64,000 bases of DNA, taken from IMG/VR virus record IMGVR_UViG_2675903165_000002; one strand, 5' to 3'. Every line of letters begins with the position of its first letter. The stretch's first letter is position 1. The notes beneath the pieces are model-generated. The model was not told the origin of the DNA. It did not search any database and saw nothing but the letters and a program-made list of their open reading frames with translations. This document shows, piece by piece, positions 50,913 through 61,298 of this stretch. Origin of the DNA: an uncultured virus (IMG/VR IMGVR_UViG_2675903165_000002). Taxonomy: Duplodnaviria; Heunggongvirae; Uroviricota; Caudoviricetes. The translations under genes and the position numbers were made by a program.

Positions 50913-53900
50913 ATGTCGTCTAAATTCTTCACTAATAGCAAAGACAGAAATCTCTTTGATAAGTTTAAAGGTATCATAGAACACATGAAAGATTTATATG
51001 CCTTTCATGCAGTGGTAGGCTATTTTAGGTCGTCGGGATATTTTGCATTAGAACCTTATTTGCAGAATATTACAGATATAAAAATATTGGTTGGTATCAA
51101 TGTAGATGCGATGTTTGCCGAATCTCAACGTAAAGGATTATTGTATTTTGGCGATGAGCAAAGAACCAAAGATGAGTTTTTGAAGTGGTTTGTTCAAGAC
51201 ATAAGAGAAGCAAAATATTCCTCAGAAGTTGAAAAAGGTATTTTAAAGTTTGTGAATGACCTCATTGATGGAAAAATTGAGGTGCGAGCGCATAATTCCA
51301 GTGCTATACACGCCAAATTTTATTTGTTTCTGCCAGAAAATCATTCGGTACACTCTGACGGCTGGGTAATTATGGGGTCTTCCAACCTGACAGAAGCAGG
51401 GCTTGGAATAAAGAAATCGCCTAATTATGAGCTAAATATCGCGCTGAAAGACTACGATGACGTAGCGTTTACCAAACAAGAGTTCCTTACACTTTGGGAG
51501 CAATCTACTCCTATCTTACCCGCAGATATACACAGCTTTAAACAAAAAACACACGTAGGACAAAAATTTTCGCCCTATGAACTGTACATAAAGTTTCTGA
51601 TAGAATACTTTGATAAAAATATAGATTACGACCCCGACACTGTAGGCGATTTGCCTCGAAATTACAAGAAATTATCGTATCAGGTTGATGCAGTAAATGA
51701 AGGTTTTCAGATGCTTATGGAGCATAACGGGTTTTTCTTGTCCGACGTTGTGGGCTTAGGAAAAACCGTGATTGCTGCTATGATTGCCAAGCGATTTTTA
51801 ATTGCCAACGGCTCACTAAATACCAAGATTCTTGTAGTATATCCACCAGCACTAGAAAAAAACTGGAAAAATACATTCGGCTTATTTAAACTTGACAAAC
51901 ATACCAAATTTATTACGAACGGAAGACTTGAAAAAATAGCAGAAGGCAACGACATTAATTATTGGGCAAAGGAAGATTACGACTTAGTTTTGGTAGATGA
52001 AGCACATCGCTACCGAAATCATACCTCACAAGCATTTGCTATGCTCCAAAGAATTTGTAAGGCTCCAAGAAACGGGGAAGGTCTTGTAACTGGCAATAAG
52101 AAAAAGGTAATTCTCATCTCAGCAACACCGCTCAATAACAGACCGCAAGATTTATATTATCAATTGCTTTTATTCCAAGATGCAAGGCGCAGCACGTTGC
52201 CCATAACAAATTTACAAGGCTTTTTTGCCCCAATTATTCGGGAGTTTTGGAAAATTATGCAGCATGACAAACCTGATATTGAAAGAATACGAGAGTTGTA
52301 TTCAGAAATACGCGAAAAGATAATTTCGCAGATTACCGTAAGGCGTACTCGCAAGCACCTAGAAAAGTACCCTAAATACATAGAGGACTTAACCGAGCAG
52401 GGAATTAAGTTTCCCGACATAGCTGCCCCTAAACCCAAAATTTATACCCTAGATGCCAAGTTAAGTAAGCTATTTTATCATACAATTTTTTACTTGACAG
52501 ACGAAGATAAAATTCAGTTTTATAGATACCAAGCCATACGGTTTTTATCCGATGAACAGTTGGAAATTTGTGGCTACACGCAAGCTGAAAGATTTTCAAA
52601 ATCTTTGGCTGGTATTATAAAAACGCTTCTGATAAAAAGACTAGAAAGCAGCTTCACTGCGTTTAAGAAAACGCTTAATAATCTCCTCATCTCCACAGGG
52701 CGAATGATTGAGATGTTTGAAAATGATAAAGTGTTCATTGCGCCAGACTTAGGAGTCAATGAATTACAGGACAAAGGTTTAACCGAAAGTCAAATTGAAT
52801 CTATCATTTTAGACTACAGTATTATCAATCCCAAAAACAATGTCTTTAATAAAAAAGATTTTGTTGAAAGGCAAATCAGTAAAAAAAATCCTGTATTTGT
52901 CGAGATTTTAGATGGCTTGAAAAAAGACTATGCCTTATTGCAAGAATTAGTAAAGGCATGGAGCAAGGTAGATACTGACCCAAAACTTGACACTTTTCTT
53001 GCAACGTTAAAAGACGAACTACTTGATAAACAGATAAACCCGACAGGAAAGCTGGTGATTTTTACCGAAAGTACCGACACTGCCAACTACCTGACAGAAA
53101 AGGTAGAAGCGTTTTTAGGGACTAAAATCTTGAATGTGTCGAGTAATAATCGGAACAAAATTTTTGAGATAATACTCGAAAATTTTGATGCCAATTATAT
53201 TGGGGAGAGAAAAGACGACTACGACATTATCATCACTACCGATGTGCTGGCCGAAGGTGTAAACCTACACCGCGCCAATGTGATTGTTAATTACGATACC
53301 CCTTGGAACGCCACAAGGCTCATGCAGCGTATTGGGCGAGTAAACAGAATTGGTAGTGTTGCGGGCGTTATCTACAATTACAATTTCTACCCATCGCAGC
53401 AAGGTGACGAGGAAATAAAATTGTATAGGAATGCGCTCGTAAAGTTGCAAGGTTTTCATACTGCCTTTGGCGAAGACGCACAAATTTATACGCACGAAGA
53501 ATTGCTCGAACAATTTGAGTTATTTAAGGAAGGTTTGCCCGACGACGAAGACAAAAGGCTTTATTATTTGCGCGTTATCAGAGAGTTTAAAGACAAAAAC
53601 CCAAAAGAATTTAAACGAATAAAGGCATTCCCGCTTAAAGCCAGAACAGCCCGAAAAGAAGAGTATGCACAAAAAAGTCAGGCACAACAATCTACTGTAG
53701 TATTCCTTAAATCGGTTTACAAAACAGAATTTTACCAAATAAACGACAAAGCACAAGTAAAACCACTTACTTTTTTGGAGGCTGCACAAATTTTTGAAGC
53801 CAAGACCTCAGAGCCAGCTTTCGACCTGCCAGAAAGCCACTATAAACACGTACAAGCCGCTTTACTCTCTTTTGAACAAGATTTTCTGAGTGCAAGCACA

Positions 53901-54251
53901 GAAAAAGTAACTTCTACCGACAAAGCTGATGCCAACACCAAACAAGCACTCAAATTTTTGCGTGATTTTAAAGGCATTACACACCAAGCTACTGTAAAAG
54001 AAGTTTGTCAAACCTTGCAACCAATAGTAGAGGCTGGCACTTATACGCCATTGGCTAACGAACTGAAAAAAATCAGTCAAAAATTGTTTAACAAACGAGA
54101 AATTACTACATCGCAGGCTGATAATTTGCTCATTGCTCTCGCTCAAAAATACGATGCACTCAACACCGACGAAGAAAATAATGCGCAAACAAGCATTGTA
54201 GAAGCCAATATTTCACCAGAAATTGTACTATCAGAAACCTTTATTGATTAA
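50913..54251 (+). CDS. PLD-domain + SNF2-type helicase associated with a type IIG R-M gene
   Basis: HAKFY...GSSNLT, DVVGLGKT, DEAH, SATP.NN, EGVNL, QRIGRVNRIG; ATG 50913 preferred. Confidence 0.85.
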   Translation: MSSKFFTNSKDRNLFDKFKGIIEHMKDLYAFHAVVGYFRSSGYFALEPYLQNITDIKILVGINVDAMFAESQRKGLLYFGDEQRTKDEFLKWFVQDIREAKYSSEVEKGILKFVNDLIDGKIEVRAHNSSAIHAKFYLFLPENHSVHSDGWVIMGSSNLTEAGLGIKKSPNYELNIALKDYDDVAFTKQEFLTLWEQSTPILPADIHSFKQKTHVGQKFSPYELYIKFLIEYFDKNIDYDPDTVGDLPRNYKKLSYQVDAVNEGFQMLMEHNGFFLSDVVGLGKTVIAAMIAKRFLIANGSLNTKILVVYPPALEKNWKNTFGLFKLDKHTKFITNGRLEKIAEGNDINYWAKEDYDLVLVDEAHRYRNHTSQAFAMLQRICKAPRNGEGLVTGNKKKVILISATPLNNRPQDLYYQLLLFQDARRSTLPITNLQGFFAPIIREFWKIMQHDKPDIERIRELYSEIREKIISQITVRRTRKHLEKYPKYIEDLTEQGIKFPDIAAPKPKIYTLDAKLSKLFYHTIFYLTDEDKIQFYRYQAIRFLSDEQLEICGYTQAERFSKSLAGIIKTLLIKRLESSFTAFKKTLNNLLISTGRMIEMFENDKVFIAPDLGVNELQDKGLTESQIESIILDYSIINPKNNVFNKKDFVERQISKKNPVFVEILDGLKKDYALLQELVKAWSKVDTDPKLDTFLATLKDELLDKQINPTGKLVIFTESTDTANYLTEKVEAFLGTKILNVSSNNRNKIFEIILENFDANYIGERKDDYDIIITTDVLAEGVNLHRANVIVNYDTPWNATRLMQRIGRVNRIGSVAGVIYNYNFYPSQQGDEEIKLYRNALVKLQGFHTAFGEDAQIYTHEELLEQFELFKEGLPDDEDKRLYYLRVIREFKDKNPKEFKRIKAFPLKARTARKEEYAQKSQAQQSTVVFLKSVYKTEFYQINDKAQVKPLTFLEAAQIFEAKTSEPAFDLPESHYKHVQAALLSFEQDFLSASTEKVTSTDKADANTKQALKFLRDFKGITHQATVKEVCQTLQPIVEAGTYTPLANELKKISQKLFNKREITTSQADNLLIALAQKYDALNTDEENNAQTSIVEANISPEIVLSETFID

Positions 54252-54254
54252 AAC

Positions 54255-55307
54255 ATGAATAAACTTAAAAGTGAGAATACTGAATTTAAGCAAGTTGTTC
54301 TACTGATAGAAGAAGCCAGAAACAGAGCTTTCCATAAAGTAAATGAAGAACTTATATTACTTTATTTCAGGGTAGGTAAACTGGTGTCCGAAAAAGTTTC
54401 TGCTGGAATATGGGGCGAAAATACAGTGGAAGCACTCGCAGGTTTTATTCAGGAAAAATGCCCAGAGTTGAGAGGATTCAACCGCAGGGGACTTTATAGA
54501 ATGAAGCAATTTTATGAAGCATACACAGCACCTGAATTTGTGTCAACACTGATGACACATTTACAAAAATCTGAAAATGAAGCTATTAAAATTGTAAAAA
54601 CACTACTAACTCAATTGCAATGGTCGGCACATCTCCTCCTTTTGAGCAAAACCAAAACACCCGATGAAAAGCTGTTTTACCTGCATTTGGCCATACAAGA
54701 AAAACTTTCTGTAAGGGAACTGGAGAGACAGCTCAACTCCGCAGTATTTGAAAGAACGGCACTTTCTAACCAACAATTGAAAACGACATTTACACAATTG
54801 CCTCAAAACTTTTTTAAAGACCCCTACATTTTCGAGTTTTTGGAACTGCCAGAAGGTCATTCAGAAAAAGACCTTGAAAAAGCACTCATAAGCAATCTGC
54901 AAAAATTTATTCTTGAAATAGGAAAAGGGTTTACCTACATGGGAAATCAATACCGATTACAAGTAGGCAATAAAGACTATTACACCGACTTACTTTTCTA
55001 CCATCGCGATTTGCAATGCTTAGTATTATTTGAACTGAAAATTCAAGAGTTTGAACCCGAATTTTTGGGTAAACTGAACTTCTATTTAGAAGCATTAGAC
55101 CGCGACGTAAAACGCCCTTTTGAAAATAATAGTATTGGTATTTTGCTTTGCAAAGGCAAAGAAACCGAAGTAGTTGAATATGCGATGGCTCGAAATACAT
55201 CGCCTGCCATGATTGCCGATTACGAAACCAAACTAATATCCAAAACCTTGTTGGCAAACAAGTTACATCAACTTGTGCTACAACTTTCTAATAAAGATAT
55301 TGACTAA
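54255..55307 (+). CDS. YhcG/DUF1016 PD-(D/E)xK nuclease-domain protein
   Basis: WG, L.WS, SVRELERQ, KDPYIFEFL, DLLFYHR.L.CLV.FELK. Confidence 0.9.
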   Translation: MNKLKSENTEFKQVVLLIEEARNRAFHKVNEELILLYFRVGKLVSEKVSAGIWGENTVEALAGFIQEKCPELRGFNRRGLYRMKQFYEAYTAPEFVSTLMTHLQKSENEAIKIVKTLLTQLQWSAHLLLLSKTKTPDEKLFYLHLAIQEKLSVRELERQLNSAVFERTALSNQQLKTTFTQLPQNFFKDPYIFEFLELPEGHSEKDLEKALISNLQKFILEIGKGFTYMGNQYRLQVGNKDYYTDLLFYHRDLQCLVLFELKIQEFEPEFLGKLNFYLEALDRDVKRPFENNSIGILLCKGKETEVVEYAMARNTSPAMIADYETKLISKTLLANKLHQLVLQLSNKDID

Positions 55308-58300
55308 TGGAAAAGAAAATACTTCAAAATATATTATCGAAGCCCTTTGTGCTTTCCGACTGGCTGACTTTATTGACAGATGTTTTCGGTGTAAAAAACT
55401 TTCTTCAAAACCCTGCTGAAATCCCTTTACCAAGCAACAACAAAGCCGAAGCTGCTTTTGAGTTGGGTAGTTTCAGTACGGCTGACGATAGAATTATTGG
55501 GTTGTATTTGGTAAAGGTAAAACCCGAAGTTTGGTTGGAGCGCAACAAAGTGGGTTTAAGGGAATTACTACGTTCTGTTTACAAAAATGAGGTGGACGGT
55601 GCTTTAATTGTATTCGAGCAAGCTGATAAATGGCGTTTGAGTTTTGTAAGCGAAATTCGTACTTTGGACGAGTATGGGCAAATTGTTGAAAACCAAACGC
55701 AACCCAAACGATACACCTATCTTTTAGGCAGTGGTCAAAAAGTAAAAACCCCCACCGACAGACTATGTGCCATTGCAGGTAAAAAAGCAAAACTTGAGGA
55801 TATTAGAAGTTTATTTTCTGTTTCAACGCTCACCAAAGAGTTTTACAACGAACTCTTTAAATGGTACGAATGGGCATTGTCGGAGGAAATAGGTATTACC
55901 TTTCCTAAAAATACAAGTACCGCAGACGACGACCGCGAAAAGTTGGAAGAACAAATTATTCGCCTCATTACTCGTTTGCTTTTTGTATGGTTCATCAAAC
56001 AAAAACAGTTAGTGCCACACAATTTATTCGACAAAGAACAACTAAAATCCATACTAAAAGACTTTAATCCAAACGACAACAATAACGGGAGCTATTACAA
56101 TGCTATCTTGCAAAACCTGTTTTTTGCCACACTCAATAAATCCGTTACTGAACGTGCTTTTGCCAAAGACGAAAATAACAGAGATGTAAAAACATTGTAT
56201 CGCTATGCAGAAATGTTTGATATTGAAGAAGCGGAAGTTTTAAATCTATTCTGCAAAATTCCTTTTTTGAATGGCGGTTTATTTGAATGTTTGGACAAAG
56301 AAGCATCAACCGACGGCGTAAAATATCATTTAGACGGCTTTAGTCGAAACGATAGGAAAGTAAGAGGGCAATTCAGCCACCGTGCATACATTCCCAACTG
56401 CGTTTTCTTCGACGAAAACAAGGGCATTATTCCACTATTGGAACGCTACAATTTTACCGTAGAAGAAAATGCGCCCGAAGATGTGCAAGTGGCTCTTGAC
56501 CCCGAACTCTTGGGTAATGTATTTGAAAACCTTTTGGGTGCATACAACAGCGAAACCAAAGAATCTGCCCGTAAGCAAAGCGGAAGTTTTTACACACCCC
56601 GCGAGATTGTGGATTTTATGGTAAGCGAAAGTTTGCAGACCTATTTGAACGAAAAAATTGGCGATGTTGATTTGAACGGACAACTGACCGATGAACAAAA
56701 AAAGAAAATTTACAATACCTTACTCAAAGTAAAAATCCTTGACCCAGCCTGCGGTTCTGGTGCTTTTCCAATGGGAATTTTGAACGGCATCATTGCCTTG
56801 CTCGAAAAAATTGGCGTGGCACAACACTTGGATATGTACCAGCTAAAACTACACCTGATTGAAAACTGTATTTATGGTGTGGATTTACAAACCATAGCGG
56901 CACAAATAAGCAAATTGCGTTTCTTTATTTCGCTTATTGTGGAACAAGGGGAAATGGATTTGAGCAAAGAAAATTACGGTGTCATTACTTTACCTAACTT
57001 GGAAACCAAATTTGTAGCGGCAAACACCTTACTTGGGCTGCCTAAAAGGCAAGCTCAGATTGATTTGTTTGAAGACCCAGCCATAGAAACAACTAAACAG
57101 GAAATTTTTGCAGTGCGCCACGAACATTTTTACGCCAGAACAGCCAAAGAAAAGCGGCAACTACGCGATAAAGACGAAAAATTGCGTAAGAAGTTAGTGC
57201 AGTTGTTAGAAAACAACCATTCACTTAACCATGAAGATGCAAAAAAAATAGCTGAATGGAATCCTTATGACCAAAACTCAAGTTCTGATTTTTTTGATGT
57301 AGAATGGATGTTTCTTTTAAAGGATGGCTTTGACATTGTAATTGGAAATCCACCTTATTTTTCACTATCAACAGATAGCATCTACTTAGATGATAAAACA
57401 GGGAAAAGGATAAAACACAACAGAATTTATGAACCTCAGGGCTTCAAAGTTTTTTCTAATTCTGGCGACATCTATTCTCTCTTTTATGAAAAAGGTTGGC
57501 AAGTGATAAAAGAAAAAGGCCACTTGTGTTTTATTACTTCCAACAAATGGATGCGGGCAGGCTATGGCGAAAGTACACGAAAGTTTTTTGCTGAAAATAC
57601 CAACCCCGTATTACTGATTGATTTTGCAGGGCAAAAAATATTTGAAAGTGCCACAGTTGATGTAAATATTTTACTGTTTAGCAAAAGTAAAAATCAACAA
57701 AAGACACTTGCTTGCATTGTTAAAGAAAAGGTGTTAAATAATTTGAGCGTTTTTGTTAGACAACAAGGCTCAGAATGTGGTTTTTTAGGAAAAGAAAGCT
57801 GGACAATTCTTAGCCCAATTGAGCAAAGTATTAAACAAAAAATAGAAGCTGTTGGCACACCCCTCAAAGATTGGGATATAAATATTTATCGTGGAATTTT
57901 GACGGGCTACAACGAAGCATTTATAATTGACGGAAGCACTAAAGACAAACTGGTAAAAGAAGACCCAAAATCTATCGAAATTATAAGACCGATTTTACGT
58001 GGGCGCGATATTAAGCGTTACGGCTATGAGTATGCAGACCTTTACCTGATTGCTACTTTTCCAAGCCTTAAAATTGATATAGAACAGTATCCTGCCGTAA
58101 AAAAGCATCTGCTTTCGTTTGGAATGGAACGTTTAGAGCAAACAGGAAAAGAGTACAAAGTAAATGGCGAAACTATAAAAGCTCGCAAAAAAACCAACAA
58201 TAAATGGTTTGAAACGCAAGATAGCATAAGTTATTGGGACGATTTTAATAGGCAGAAAATCGTGTGGAAACGTGTTGGTTCAATTTTGCGATTTTCATAC

Positions 58301-58645
58301 GATGAAGCGGGAACAATGGCTTTGGATAGTACTTGTTTTGCAACGGGAAAATATATCAAGTTTTTGGTTGGTGTTCTCAACTCTAAAATGGGACATTATT
58401 TGATGAAAGATGCGCCACAAACAGGAACAGGAGATTTATTGATAAGCGTCCAAGCTATTGAGCCACTCAAGATTCCTATTCCTGATACAAATACAGAGCA
58501 GTCCATTAGTAAACTAATAGAAGAAATCTTGCATAATAAAAAACATGGATTAAGTTCGTATGAGTTAGAGCATAGACTTGATAATGTAGTATACGCTTTA
58601 TATAACCTTGAAAAAACAGAGATTGATTTTGTTAATATTCTGTAA
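55307..58645 (+). CDS. Type IIG (Eco57I-like) restriction-modification protein with C-terminal target-recognition domain
   Basis: FLNGGLF, GSFYTPREIV, LDPACGSGAF, GNPPY, ITSNKW, ILRGRDIKRY. Confidence 0.9.
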   Translation: MEKKILQNILSKPFVLSDWLTLLTDVFGVKNFLQNPAEIPLPSNNKAEAAFELGSFSTADDRIIGLYLVKVKPEVWLERNKVGLRELLRSVYKNEVDGALIVFEQADKWRLSFVSEIRTLDEYGQIVENQTQPKRYTYLLGSGQKVKTPTDRLCAIAGKKAKLEDIRSLFSVSTLTKEFYNELFKWYEWALSEEIGITFPKNTSTADDDREKLEEQIIRLITRLLFVWFIKQKQLVPHNLFDKEQLKSILKDFNPNDNNNGSYYNAILQNLFFATLNKSVTERAFAKDENNRDVKTLYRYAEMFDIEEAEVLNLFCKIPFLNGGLFECLDKEASTDGVKYHLDGFSRNDRKVRGQFSHRAYIPNCVFFDENKGIIPLLERYNFTVEENAPEDVQVALDPELLGNVFENLLGAYNSETKESARKQSGSFYTPREIVDFMVSESLQTYLNEKIGDVDLNGQLTDEQKKKIYNTLLKVKILDPACGSGAFPMGILNGIIALLEKIGVAQHLDMYQLKLHLIENCIYGVDLQTIAAQISKLRFFISLIVEQGEMDLSKENYGVITLPNLETKFVAANTLLGLPKRQAQIDLFEDPAIETTKQEIFAVRHEHFYARTAKEKRQLRDKDEKLRKKLVQLLENNHSLNHEDAKKIAEWNPYDQNSSSDFFDVEWMFLLKDGFDIVIGNPPYFSLSTDSIYLDDKTGKRIKHNRIYEPQGFKVFSNSGDIYSLFYEKGWQVIKEKGHLCFITSNKWMRAGYGESTRKFFAENTNPVLLIDFAGQKIFESATVDVNILLFSKSKNQQKTLACIVKEKVLNNLSVFVRQQGSECGFLGKESWTILSPIEQSIKQKIEAVGTPLKDWDINIYRGILTGYNEAFIIDGSTKDKLVKEDPKSIEIIRPILRGRDIKRYGYEYADLYLIATFPSLKIDIEQYPAVKKHLLSFGMERLEQTGKEYKVNGETIKARKKTNNKWFETQDSISYWDDFNRQKIVWKRVGSILRFSYDEAGTMALDSTCFATGKYIKFLVGVLNSKMGHYLMKDAPQTGTGDLLISVQAIEPLKIPIPDTNTEQSISKLIEEILHNKKHGLSSYELEHRLDNVVYALYNLEKTEIDFVNIL
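57745..57763 (+). repeat. Left 19-bp inverted repeat (putative inversion site)
   Basis: gagcgtttttgttagacaa; exact reverse complement at 60409-60427. Confidence 0.85.
57977..58260 (+). repeat. 284-bp inverted repeat within the target-recognition region
   Basis: Matches the reverse complement of 59912-60195; the ORF track shows identical 61-aa ORFs on opposite strands. Confidence 0.9.
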
Positions 58646-58880
58646 TTCTGCTCAATATGTTTTTTATAGAGTTTTCAATCTCATCTATTTCTTCGTTGGT
58701 AAAAAGCATCATTTCATAAACCCATTTATTTACATAAAAAGCATCTATTTTTTTAGACAAAATGTTTTGGGTTTCTTTTAATCTTTTTTCATTAGGTAAT
58801 GGCAATGGAATATTTTGAAAATAGTCGGTAAAAATTTTAAATCCTGTTTCATCAAAGGAATAAATGTAATATCGAAATAA

Positions 58881-59742
58881 GAGTATGTTTAAAAATTAAG
58901 TATTGTGATTATCTAAAACGATTGAGTATAATTTGGATATTAGTCCACAAAATCCAGTTTTGGGAACTTTTCGCTGTTTTTTCATAATCTTTAGCAAGCC
59001 TACGAAAGAAATTATGCCAAGCAAAAGTTCTTTCCACTGCCCACCGCCACTTGACGGGAACAAATCCTTTCCTGCTGGGCGGTACAGCACTACACTCTAC
59101 TGCTAAACCAAGTATATTAGCTTCTACCCATTGCATAAATCCTTTTTTGTAGGCCGCATCCACCAGTATTTTTTGCATCCTATCTAAATAACCCAAACAG
59201 TGTTCTACCAGTAAATGAGCCTTTTGACTGTCATGGCTGTCTGCTCCATGAACAACCACCCCCCAAACTAAACCAAGCGTATCTACTATCACGTGTCTTT
59301 TTCGACCATTGATACACTTATTCCCATCAACACCTTTGTCTTTACTGACAAAAGGAGATACTTTTATAGATTGACTATCAATACTGAATAAACTCGGGAT
59401 AGCCTTTTTCCCTTGCCGTTGGCGTTCGAGTTTATTCAGTTCGCTATTGATTCTTTCTAAGGTGCCATCTTTGCCCCATTTGGCAAAATAATAGTAAACC
59501 AATGGCCATGGGGGATAACAAGTTTCCAAATTACGCCATTGCGTCCCTTTCCGAAGAATGCTCAAAATACCATTGACAACCGCACGCAAAGAATATTTGC
59601 GCTTTCTTTGCTGATTCAATATTTTACTGATAATTTCCCACGCGGTATCGGATAAATCTTTAAAACAGGTTTGCATTTTACTTTCATGTTTGGTCACTAA
59701 AAGTAAATTATCCGATACCCTTTTTTAAATTTAAACATACTC
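58881..59742 (-). mobile_element. IS5-family insertion sequence (IS1031-like), 862 bp
   Basis: 13-bp terminal inverted repeats gagtatgtttaaa; TAA duplicated on both sides. Confidence 0.9.
58909..59697 (-). CDS. IS5-family transposase
   Basis: G.QWR.L, IDSQS, GRKRH..VDTLG, DAAY, RWAVERTFAW...RRL.KDYE. Confidence 0.9.
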   Translation of the reverse strand: MTKHESKMQTCFKDLSDTAWEIISKILNQQRKRKYSLRAVVNGILSILRKGTQWRNLETCYPPWPLVYYYFAKWGKDGTLERINSELNKLERQRQGKKAIPSLFSIDSQSIKVSPFVSKDKGVDGNKCINGRKRHVIVDTLGLVWGVVVHGADSHDSQKAHLLVEHCLGYLDRMQKILVDAAYKKGFMQWVEANILGLAVECSAVPPSRKGFVPVKWRWAVERTFAWHNFFRRLAKDYEKTAKSSQNWILWTNIQIILNRFR

Positions 59743-60408
59743 TAAATACCCCAAAAGGGTAGAGTTTAAAAGTAACCAAAGATATTCTAAATCTTTACCA
59801 ACTAAAAAATAGCAATCATTGCCAAAGAAAAAGTTCTTATCGTTATCTAATGCAAAACGGGGGAAATTATTTTCGTTGCTTTTAGCAATTCTCATAATTC
59901 CTGGATAGATAATTTTCTGCCTATTAAAATCGTCCCAATAACTTATGCTATCTTGCGTTTCAAACCATTTATTGTTGGTTTTTTTGCGAGCTTTTATAGT
60001 TTCGCCATTTACTTTGTACTCTTTTCCTGTTTGCTCTAAACGTTCCATTCCAAACGAAAGCAGATGCTTTTTTACGGCAGGATACTGTTCTATATCAATT
60101 TTAAGGCTTGGAAAAGTAGCAATCAGGTAAAGGTCTGCATACTCATAGCCGTAACGCTTAATATCGCGCCCACGTAAAATCGGTCTTATAATTTCTTCAC
60201 TTTTGGGGTCTTGCGCAATGAGTTCTTTTCGCTTTGAGCCATCAATGATGAAAGCCTCATTAAAACCTGTTTTTATTCCATAATTGATTTGAATATCCCA
60301 GTCCTTTAACGGTGTTCCTATTCTCTCAATTTTTTCTTTTATGCGTTGTTCAATGTCAGAAAGAATAACCCAGCTATCGGCATTATTGAAACTACCCAGA
60401 TTTCCTGC

Positions 60409-60427
60409 TTGTCTAACAAAAACGCTC
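60409..60427 (-). repeat. Right 19-bp inverted repeat (putative inversion site)
   Basis: ttgtctaacaaaaacgctc, about 100 bp upstream of the invertase gene. Confidence 0.85.
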
Positions 60428-60524
60428 TTTTAGTTGTATAAAATAATTGTCTAAGTTTTTTCTATACAATTTTGGTTTAAATTAAGCAGTTGAATGTAAT
60501 ATTAAGTTAAACAAGAAAAACATT

Positions 60525-61121
60525 ATGATTTACGGTTACATTCGGGTAAGCACCGACAAACAAACAGTAGAAAACCAACGCTACGAAATCAATCAATTTT
60601 GCCAAAACAATGTATATGTAGTAGATAAATGGATTGAAGAAACCATTTCGGGAGCTAAAAATCTACAAGACCGAAAACTTGGCAAACTTTTAAAACGAAT
60701 GAAAAAGGGCGACATTCTTATCTGCTCCGAGCTTTCACGTTTGGGCAGAAATTTGTTAATGATTATGGGCATACTTAACGAATGTATGAACCGCGACATT
60801 CAGGTTTGGACGATAAAGGATAATTATCGTTTGGGTAGCGACATCAACTCAAAAGTATTGGCCTTTGCCTTTGGTCTTTCAGCAGAAATAGAGCGCAACT
60901 TAATTTCGCAAAGAACAAAAGAAGCCTTGGCGCGAAAAAAAGCGGAAGGCGTAATTCTTGGCCGTCCCAAAGGACGAAAATCATCGAAAACCAAACTTAC
61001 AGGACAGGAAAAAAAGATAAAGGACTTATTGGATAAAAAAGTTTCTTATTCAGCCATCGGCAGGATATTGGGTGTACACAGGCTTACGGTCAGTAGTTTT
61101 GTGAAAGCACAAACAGAATAG
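60525..61121 (+). CDS. Serine DNA invertase (Mpi-like)
   Basis: YIRVSTDKQ, SELSRLGR, AEIER.LISQRTKEAL, GRPKG, C-terminal HTH. Confidence 0.9.
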   Translation: MIYGYIRVSTDKQTVENQRYEINQFCQNNVYVVDKWIEETISGAKNLQDRKLGKLLKRMKKGDILICSELSRLGRNLLMIMGILNECMNRDIQVWTIKDNYRLGSDINSKVLAFAFGLSAEIERNLISQRTKEALARKKAEGVILGRPKGRKSSKTKLTGQEKKIKDLLDKKVSYSAIGRILGVHRLTVSSFVKAQTE

Positions 61122-61228
61122 GTAATCAAATTGAATGAAGGCAAAATTCTTTTCCCAAGAAAGTAGAAGCAGCCAACAGATTTTTAGAAGGTGCAACATT
61201 CAAAACCCCATTGAAATCAAAACCACTC

Positions 61229-61259
61229 ACCGCCAGCGCAACCCGTTGGCGGTTTTTTT
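61229..61259. terminator. Terminator between invertase and integrase
   Basis: accgcca...tggcggt followed by a T-run. Confidence 0.65.
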
Positions 61260-61298
61260 ATGTCCTTTTTCTCCTTCTATTTCCCTTTAGCTTGCACC

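Larger units (their letters stand above)
58632..60427 (-). pseudogene. Silent alternative C-terminal specificity cassette, interrupted by IS
   Basis: Minus strand SVFVRQ...SWVILS.IEQ.IK.KIE..GTPLKDWDI...LLGYL|FRYYIYSFDETGFKIF...ITEY-stop; the frame is restored when the IS and one TAA are removed. Confidence 0.85.
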
